From IMG/VR virus record IMGVR_UViG_3300031687_000001, positions 32,001 through 96,000 of that record: DNA of 64,000 bases. The stretch is one strand, 5' to 3'. The notes under the pieces were generated by a model. The model made no database searches and was not told where the DNA came from. It worked only from the letters and a program-made list of their open reading frames with translations. Shown one piece after another: positions 21,452 to 29,400 of the stretch (its first letter is position 1; every line of letters begins with the position of its first letter). The DNA is from a virus. The translations under genes were made by a program, and so were the position numbers.

Positions 21452-21545
21452 GATTGATACGAAGGATATAACTCAGTATATCCCAGTGTTTATGATTATC
21501 ATAAACTAAGTAGAGAGTTATGACAACTATCTACGTTTGATCAGT
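21452..21545 (-). ncRNA. Structured intercistronic cis-element, copy 2
   Basis: Homologous to 17152-17262. Confidence 0.6.
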
Positions 21546-21550
21546 CTATA

Positions 21551-23803
21551 TTATGAACTTAATCCTGTTACTTCAATTTCGTCGTCTTCTGCAATAATAC
21601 CTTGTGAGATAGTTACAGTTGTGCCTGATACTGAATACTCGCTTGCACGTAGAAACAATCTGTTAACTAAAACAACATAATGCTTCGCACTTGACAATTC
21701 ACTAAACGTAAAGTTAGTTGTCGAAGTCGTGTTATTAGTTTCTTGTGATGCTGTAACATTCTGAACTGCACTGTGGAAGTGACTAAGTTGTGCAATTGCG
21801 CCTGCTTGTGCTGCGTTTGCTTTAGTAGTTGCATCACTCGCTGCTGCTGATTCTGCATCTGCTTCTGCTTGATCTGCATATGCTTTTGCTGATACTAATG
21901 CTGCGTTTGCTTTAGTAGTTGCATCACTCGCTGCTGCTGATTCTGCATCTGCTTCTGCTTGATCTGCATATGCTTTTGCTGATACTAATGCTGCGTTTGC
22001 TTTAGTAGTTGCATCTGTTGCTGCTGCTGATTGTGCTGCGTTAGCCTTTGAAGTAGCGTCTGCTGATGCTGTAGAAGCCGCTGATGATGTAACACTTGCG
22101 ATCGCTGAACTTAGTTCTGAATCAGTTGCCATTGCATCTTGGATTTCTTTAAGCGTATTAAATGCCGCCCCTGCGCCATTAGTTACGTCTGCAACTGCAC
22201 CTGCTCTTGCTGCGTTTGCTTTACTAGTTGCGTCTGCTGCTGCTGCTGATTGGGCTGCGTTAGCTTTAGTAGTTGCATCTGCTGATGCTGTTGCTGCACG
22301 AGTAGCGTCTTTAGATTCTGCTGCATTAATTGCTGCTAGTTCTGCTGCGTCTGCATATGAGTTTGCTGCTGATGCACGTACTACGTCTTTTGCTTCTGCT
22401 GATGCAATTGCTGCTAGTTCTGCTGCGTCTGCTTTAGTAGTCGCGTCTGCTGATGCTGTTGCTGCACGAGTAGCGTCTTTAGATTCTGCTGCATTAATTG
22501 CTGCTAGTTCTGCTGCGTCTGCTTTAGTAGTCGCGTCTGCTGATGCTGTTGCTGCTGCTGATGAAGTAACACTTGAGATTGCTGAACTTAGTTCTGCGTC
22601 GGTTGCCATTGCATTCTGAATTTCAACTAGAGTATCAAATGCTGCGCCTGCGCCATTAGTTACTGCTGCAATTGCTGCTGCTTGTGCTGCATTTGCTTTG
22701 GTAGTCGCATCACTTGCTGCTGTTGCTTCTGCTGTATCTGCGTATGATTTTGCTGATACTAATGCTGCGTCTGCTTTAGTAGTTGCATCTGTTGCTGCTG
22801 CTGATTGTGCTGCGTCTGCTTTAGTTGTTGCATCTGTTGCTGCTGCTGATTGTGCTGCGTCTGCTTTAGTTGTTGCATCTGTTGCTGCTGCTGATTGTGC
22901 TGCATCTGCTTTAGTAGTTGCATCTGTTGCTGCTGCTGATACTGCGTCTGCTTCTGCTGTGTCTACATATGATTCTTGTGCGTAACCAGTGAAGTCAACA
23001 TTGTTAGTAATTGCTGTATCTGTATAAGATGCTGCTGCTGCTATTGCTGCTGCTTCTGCTGCGTCTGCTTTAATTGTTGCGCCGTCTGCCGCTACTGAGA
23101 TGCTATTGGTGATTGTAGCAGCGAAGTTAGCATCATCGCCAAGTGCGGTAGCCAATTCGTTTAGTGTATCTAATGCGCCAGGTGCGCCGTTAATAAGACC
23201 ATTGATTGCTGCGTCTACATAAGTTTTGTTGGTTGCATGTCCATCTTCAGTTGGTGCTGCTAAGTTGATGATTTGGTTATTATCCATATCAACTTTATCG
23301 CCAAACTTAACTGCTGTTCCGTCTGCATCTGTAATTTTCTTACCAGAAGCCATTTGTAGAGTTGCTGCAACGTTAACAGTTGATGCAGATGCTAGTGTCA
23401 ATACACCAGTTCCTGTTACCTGTGTAGTCAACGATTGGTTAACATCAGCCTGAACAACGATCGTACCTGAATTAGATTCGATAACTTTCTGTCCATCAAT
23501 ATAAAGTGAACCTTCTGATAGGTAAAGGTCACGCCATTTCATTGTTGGTGAACCTAAGTCATAACCAGTAGTTCCGTCTGAATCTATTGAAGGTATGATA
23601 TGAGCAGACATAGTTAGATCACCTGTCATGGTGTCGCCTGATTTGCTTACTGATTGTGCTACTGCGCCGCCTGATGCTGATGCAATTGCTGATGCTAAGT
23701 CTTGTCCGTCTAATAAAACCGTATCAACTGTTAAATTACCAGTGATTACTGAATCTGCATTAGTTTCAAAACCTGCATCTATTAAAAATCTTTTTTGTGC
23801 CAT
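21551..23803 (-). CDS. Fibre/structural protein with Ala-rich repeats and no S74 chaperone, 750 aa
   Basis: GAPGALDTLNELATALGDDANFA fibre motif; AAATDATTKAD repeats shared with the neighbouring fibres. Confidence 0.75.
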   Translation of the reverse strand: MAQKRFLIDAGFETNADSVITGNLTVDTVLLDGQDLASAIASASGGAVAQSVSKSGDTMTGDLTMSAHIIPSIDSDGTTGYDLGSPTMKWRDLYLSEGSLYIDGQKVIESNSGTIVVQADVNQSLTTQVTGTGVLTLASASTVNVAATLQMASGKKITDADGTAVKFGDKVDMDNNQIINLAAPTEDGHATNKTYVDAAINGLINGAPGALDTLNELATALGDDANFAATITNSISVAADGATIKADAAEAAAIAAAASYTDTAITNNVDFTGYAQESYVDTAEADAVSAAATDATTKADAAQSAAATDATTKADAAQSAAATDATTKADAAQSAAATDATTKADAALVSAKSYADTAEATAASDATTKANAAQAAAIAAVTNGAGAAFDTLVEIQNAMATDAELSSAISSVTSSAAATASADATTKADAAELAAINAAESKDATRAATASADATTKADAAELAAIASAEAKDVVRASAANSYADAAELAAINAAESKDATRAATASADATTKANAAQSAAAADATSKANAARAGAVADVTNGAGAAFNTLKEIQDAMATDSELSSAIASVTSSAASTASADATSKANAAQSAAATDATTKANAALVSAKAYADQAEADAESAAASDATTKANAALVSAKAYADQAEADAESAAASDATTKANAAQAGAIAQLSHFHSAVQNVTASQETNNTTSTTNFTFSELSSAKHYVVLVNRLFLRASEYSVSGTTVTISQGIIAEDDEIEVTGLSS

Positions 23804-23832
23804 TATATTATGTTTCCTTTTTCGCGAAAAAA

Positions 23833-23864
23833 ACGTTAGATCTTACTAACGTAATGGTATTTAT
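23833..23864 (-). promoter_or_regulatory. Late promoter followed by the UAAGAU hexaloop leader hairpin
   Basis: ATAAATA (23858-64), then ACGTTAG-TAAGAT-CTAACGT. Confidence 0.65.
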
Positions 23865-23893
23865 GCATTATTTATATATGTTAACAACTTAGT

Positions 23894-24417
23894 TTAAGTT
23901 GAAATCTGTGCTGTGGTGGTTTGATTCTGGTAGCCTGAAGTGTCTACCCAAGAGGTTACATAATCAGACACTCTTAACCAGTATACATTGGTTCCAGACC
24001 CTATCTGATAAGCGTAAGAACCTCTTTGATAGAGACGAGTTCCTATCGTATGTGAGTAAACTCTTAAAGAACCTGAAACGTTATTTCTGTGGTAACTAAC
24101 GTTTGCAACTCCAGGATAGTCCCATATGGCAAAAGAATACATATCCTTAGCCCACGTCCAGTAACCTTGTGTATATGGGTTTGTATACGCAAGCTCTTGG
24201 AAAGTGGACTCATTATGCCCACTACTAACCCAAACGCTTGTAGTCACCTGATTACTCTTGCCGTGGAAATTATTGAATCTAATAGAACCAGATGATGGTA
24301 TACCTGAGACACCTTTACCTGCTAAGGCATGGTACTCAGATAACGAGTGGGAACCTACGCCTCCAAAGTGAGCAGCAATCTGTAGAATCTAATTTCTCCA
24401 GAGGTTTGTAAAGCCAT
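23894..24417 (-). pseudogene. gp38-like adhesin interrupted by a 1-nt frameshift near 24390
   Basis: ATG at 24417 overlaps the fibre stop (TAATG) and reads MALQTSGEIR, stopping after 20 codons. The shifted frame continues LQIAAHFGGVGSHSLSEYH...IPSSGSIRFNNFHGKS into the 117-aa track ORF. Confidence 0.75.
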
Positions 24418-26312
24418 TACGCACCTCCTACTAGAGCCTTGAGTTCATCTATCTGAACTTGCTGTTCATCTATCTGAGTCTGTTGTTCTTTAATAGATTC
24501 GATGAGTAGAGGTACAAGTTTGTCGTATTGGACGGTCTTATACCCTTCACCAATAGCTGCATCCACTACGATCTCTGGTAACACCGCTTCAACTTCTTGG
24601 GCTGATACACCTACCTGACGCTCTTCAGTGTCGTAACCGAACGTTGCTGCTACATCGTTTCCTTTGTAGTAGTAACCGTTAAGTTGCTTAACCTTATCTA
24701 GGGCGTTAGGTATAGTTCCCTCAAAGTCCTTTAGGCGTTCATCTGAGTAATACGCAGTAACGTTACCTGTAAACAAGCCAGTTCCAGCAACATGAAAGCT
24801 CATTGAGGCTTCCGTACCGTATACCTTGAATGCATTACCAGATCCGTAACTACTGCCGTCTGAGTGAACGTATGCTATAGTTCCGTTCTGGCCTTCTGCT
24901 GGTATATTATCGGAGAAGTTTATTAAGCAAGGGCCAGCGTTAGATGTAGCTCGTAGGTTTATAACACCCGTATCACTACGGAAGTAACTTGAACCATGAA
25001 CTCCATCTAATAAATCAGCATCTAAGCCAGAGCCAGAACCGTCGTTATCGGGGTGCCAGTATTCAGCACCACCAGTGTATTTGTAGACCCCGCCATTAAT
25101 ATGAACGCTTTTGTTCATGTAGAACAGGCCACGGTCAGTTTGTATATGCCCCCAAGAGGAATTTCCAGGACCAAGGGTGATATTACCGTGTGGGGTAGTG
25201 AAAGTATGTGCAGATGAGGAAGTGGTAAAGTACCCCGGACTATTGACTGTTCCAGTAAGTGTTGGGCTAGCCTTTGGTGCTAGTGCTGACAAATCTTGAT
25301 CTGCTGTAGCTCCTGTCTCTATACCATTTAACTTAGTATGATCAGCAGATGTAAAGTTGATCTGCGTTAAGCCTCCGTCACCCACAGAGTAAGTGGTGTT
25401 GGTATCAGGCCAAGACCGATCATAAGCTGCTTTCACAGCGGCAGATGATGCAGATATAGACGTGCTAGTTGATGTTACACTATTTGAAATACCACGCCAT
25501 GTATTAGTATTTGCGTCATTTGCATCTGCGTATACTTTAGCTGCTGCCAATGCTGCGTTTGCTTTAGAAGTTGCATCTGCCGATGCTGTTGCCGCTGCTG
25601 ATGATGTAACACTTGAGATCGCTGAACTTAGTTCCGAATCGGTTGCCATTGCATTCTGAATTTCAACTAAAGTATCAAATGCTGCGCCTGCGCCATTAGT
25701 TACTGCTGCAATTGCTGCTGTCTTTGCTGCGTTTGCTTTAGTAGTCGCATCACTCGCTGCTGCTGAAATTGCTTGTGATTTTGCATTATTTGCTTTAGTA
25801 GTCGCATCTGATGCTGCTGCTGATTCTGCATCTGCTTCTGCTTGATCTGCATATGCTTTTGCTGATACCAATGCTGCGTTTGCTTTAGTAGTCGCATCAC
25901 TTGCTGCTGATGAAATTGCTTGTGATTTTGCATTATTTGCTTTACTAGTCGCATCTGAACTTGCTGCTGATTCTGCATCTGCTTCTGCTTGATCTGCATA
26001 TGCTTTTGCTGATACCAATGCATTATTTGCTTTAGTCGTTGCATCTGTTGCTGCTGCTGCTTTTACTTCTGCTGGCGAATCTATACCTGCGCCATTATCG
26101 GTTGTCAACATCGTAGTCGCTAAGATAGAAATGTTACGTTCCATATCTGCTGCTCTACGAAGCGATGACTTAGACCCAGATATAGAAATCTCGTTATCGC
26201 CTAATGTTCCAGTTGATTCAACTAAATCACCTGTTGCATCGTACTTATATTTTTTGTTCTTATCTAATGACACACTTGTCATTACACCATTCTTTTTAAT
26301 TTTTCTTGACAT
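24417..26312 (-). CDS. Receptor-binding tail fibre paralogue (MSRKIKK family, DAT type) with S74 chaperone, 631 aa
   Basis: Shared N-terminus, distinct tip, chaperone similar to that of 17267..19117. Confidence 0.85.
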   Translation of the reverse strand: MSRKIKKNGVMTSVSLDKNKKYKYDATGDLVESTGTLGDNEISISGSKSSLRRAADMERNISILATTMLTTDNGAGIDSPAEVKAAAATDATTKANNALVSAKAYADQAEADAESAASSDATSKANNAKSQAISSAASDATTKANAALVSAKAYADQAEADAESAAASDATTKANNAKSQAISAAASDATTKANAAKTAAIAAVTNGAGAAFDTLVEIQNAMATDSELSSAISSVTSSAAATASADATSKANAALAAAKVYADANDANTNTWRGISNSVTSTSTSISASSAAVKAAYDRSWPDTNTTYSVGDGGLTQINFTSADHTKLNGIETGATADQDLSALAPKASPTLTGTVNSPGYFTTSSSAHTFTTPHGNITLGPGNSSWGHIQTDRGLFYMNKSVHINGGVYKYTGGAEYWHPDNDGSGSGLDADLLDGVHGSSYFRSDTGVINLRATSNAGPCLINFSDNIPAEGQNGTIAYVHSDGSSYGSGNAFKVYGTEASMSFHVAGTGLFTGNVTAYYSDERLKDFEGTIPNALDKVKQLNGYYYKGNDVAATFGYDTEERQVGVSAQEVEAVLPEIVVDAAIGEGYKTVQYDKLVPLLIESIKEQQTQIDEQQVQIDELKALVGGA

Positions 26313-26337
26313 ATTGAAATTCCTTTGTTTAACAACT

Positions 26338-26376
26338 CGCTAGATCTTACTAACATTTGTAGTAGTAGTATTTATA
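26338..26376 (-). promoter_or_regulatory. Late promoter followed by the UAAGAU hexaloop leader hairpin
   Basis: TATAAATA (26369-76), then TGTTAG-TAAGAT-CTAGCG (26338-55). Confidence 0.65.
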
Positions 26377-26413
26377 CCATGTTAATTGTTATTTACAAAT
26401 AAAATTTACAAAT

Positions 26414-26442
26414 AAAAACGCCCACGTTATGCGGGCGTTTTT
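26414..26442 (-). terminator. Intrinsic terminator
   Basis: AAAAACGCCC...GGGCGTTTTT, similar to 19232-19256. Confidence 0.85.
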
Positions 26443-26481
26443 CTTCTTTCAGTCGTAGTATTTAAACTACTACATTAACGA

Positions 26482-29400
26482 TTATACGTCGATGTAAGTA
26501 GAGATCACTTTAACCGATGCAGTAACTGAATCAGTAGTATATGTCAATTCAACGTTAGTTCCGTTCATTGCCACAGAAGCATCACCAATCAATGAAGCGC
26601 CAGTGTAAACCATTGCGAATTCAGTGATATATGCTGATGTACCGTCATGAATAACTAATGCTTCACGAGTCTCGTATTCACCTGATACGCTATCACTAAC
26701 TTGGATAACATACTTAGCTGAACGATGAGCAGTACCGTCAAACGTATCTACAACATTACCAGATGTTCCTGCTGAAACGTCTATTCCTTGTGTGAAGGCT
26801 TTGATGTTTCCTGCAAGTTTCTCAGAAGTAACCTGACCATCTATCAATACTGGATCTAATCCAGCCTGTGGTGAAACTACAACTACCTGTGTGTCAGTTG
26901 GAATTGCTGATACGAAAGTAATTGTTGATGCACTATCATCGATAGTATAGTGAGTAGATGGATCTTGAATAACACCGCCTACGAATACCATTGCTTGCGC
27001 TTGTGACGCGTCAATAGTTAATGCGTATGTAGTTGCAACACCGTCACCAGCGATAGTCTGACGACCATTGCTTACGAAGATTGTTAGTGGATCTACAAGT
27101 TCCATACCAGATAAGTCTTGCTTAACTGCTAGAACGTATTCTGCCTTACCAGTGTAATCAACATCTGATACATCTGTTAAGTCTAATACTGATTCGTTAG
27201 TATCAATAGTGATAACACCTGTTGCCGAATCATATGCTGCTAATCCGTTACCAGCCGTATCTACAACACTCAATGCTGCGCGTGCGCGTGCATCTGTGAA
27301 GTATAATGATGAACCTTCAGTTAGATCGTCTGTTGTATAAAGAGACATATCTTGTGCTGATATAGCTGCATCTAGTACTGCTTTAGATACTGCATCACCC
27401 GGAAGTGTTGCTGTTCCTAATCCAGTTACCAATCCGCCTGACATAGCAACGTTGCCAGTCATTGTTCCACCAGATAATGCCAACTTAGTATCAATGTTAG
27501 ATTGTAGAGTTGTATCTGCTGTTGCAAATTCACTACGAATTGCTCCACGATCGGTAGTTGCTGCTGAATCACCTGCGATACGGTCATCAACTTCTGTTGA
27601 TAATGCACTCGACAAAGCGCCTTCTGCTGCTAATGCACGAACTTCTTCGTCTGAGATTGCTGTTGCGTTGCCAGTTACTAACGTAGTTAGATCAGTGTCT
27701 GCGTCTTGGAATGCACTTACGATTTCTGTAAGTGAATCAAGTGCTGCTGCATCAGTGTTAGAGATAACATTGTTTACAGTTGCTGTCAACGAGTCAATAT
27801 TACCCTGTAGAGTAGTATCATCTGCTAAACGTGTTGCTGCTTCTGTTACTAGATCATCTGCTACACCACTAATTGCGTTCGCGTTAACTAACTCTGCATT
27901 GGCTGCACGAGTTGCTTCTGCTGTGATATTGCCTGCGTTTGCAAGTTCTGCTGCACGGGCTGTAGTTGCTTCTGCTGCCAAGTTAGATGTTAGAGTTGAA
28001 TCTGCTGCAATGCGTGCAACTTCTTCTGCTTTAACTGCTGCATCAATCTTCATATCTGCATCTGCAAGAGATGTAGCTGTATCGTGGAAGTTTGATGTAG
28101 TTGGAGCAACATAAGTACCGTCAGTTGCTAAACCAGCACCTGATTGTGTAGATGTCATTTCAACTAAGTTAGCTGCTGATACCGCTGCGTTTGCAAGTTC
28201 TGCTGCACGTGCTGTAGTTGCTTCTGCTGATATAGCATTTGCGTTTGCAAGTTCTGCTGCACGAGATGTTACTGCTTCTGCGTTAATGTTATCTTGTAAT
28301 GTATTATCATTCGCTAAACGCGTTGCTGCTTCTGCTACGTCTGCTGCGTCTGATGTTACTGCACGAGCAACGTCCTTAGCTTCTGCTGATGCAATCGCCG
28401 CTACCTGAGCTTCATTTGCTTTAGTAGTTGCATCTAATGTAGCACGAATTTCTTCGTCTGAGATTGCTGTTGCGTTAGTTGCTGCTGCTGCTGCGTTAAC
28501 GCCTTCTGCTGCACGAGATGTTACTGCTTCTGCTGCTACTGCGTCAGTTAGAACAAGTTCTGCTGCACGTGCTGTAGTTGCTTCTGCTGATATAGCATTT
28601 ACGTTTGCAAGTTCTGCTGCACGAGCGGTTACTGCTTCTGCTGCGATCGCTGTTTCGTTAGTTGCAATATCTGTTACATTTGCTGCGATATCTGTTACAT
28701 TTGCTGCGATAGCCGATGCGTTAGATGCTACTGCTGTTGTAAGAACACCTTCTGCTGCTATTGCACGAGTTTCTTCGTCTGAAATTGCTGTTGCATTTGC
28801 AGATTCTGCTGCGCGGGCTGTAGATGCTTCAGTTGAGATCGCTGTTGCGTTAGATGCTACTGCTGTTGTAAGAACACCTTCTGCTGCTACTGCACGAGAT
28901 TCTTCAGTTGAGATTGCTGTTGCATTTGCAGATTCTGCTGCGCGGGCTGTAGATGCTTCAGTTGAGATCGCTGTTGCGTTTGCAAGTTCTGCTGCACGTG
29001 CTGTAGTTGCTTCTGCTGATATAGCATTTGCGTTTGCAAGTTCTGCTGCACGAGATGTTACTGCTTCTGCTGCTACTGCTGATGTAAGAACACCTTCAGC
29101 TGCTACTGCACGAGATACTTCAGTTGCTAAGTTAGTTGTTAGTACACCATCTGCTGATGCGAACTCAGTACGAATCGCTGCGCGATCTGTTGAAGCCGTT
29201 GCTGCCAATGCAGTAATTGCACCATTGATATCTGAATCAGCATCCTGGAATGCAGTTACGATTTCAGTCAATGAATCCAATGCGTCTGGATCAGTATTAC
29301 TAATAATGCTGTTGATAGATGCTAAGTTAGCGTCAACATCTGTACGTAAACCAGATTCAATTCCAGTTGCACGAGTTTCTTCATCTGATATTGCTGTTGC

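Noticed and set aside
17152-21545. Identification of the duplicated element as tRNA, hammerhead/hairpin ribozyme, or SAM-I/c-di-GMP riboswitch
   Set aside because: Lacks the T-loop/CCA, CUGANGA-GAAA and other diagnostic cores by eye; left as unclassified
15122-26312. Shufflon/invertible fibre cassette or diversity-generating retroelement
   Set aside because: All copies are full genes in the same orientation; no recombinase, reverse transcriptase or adenine-specific TR/VR pair is seen in the window
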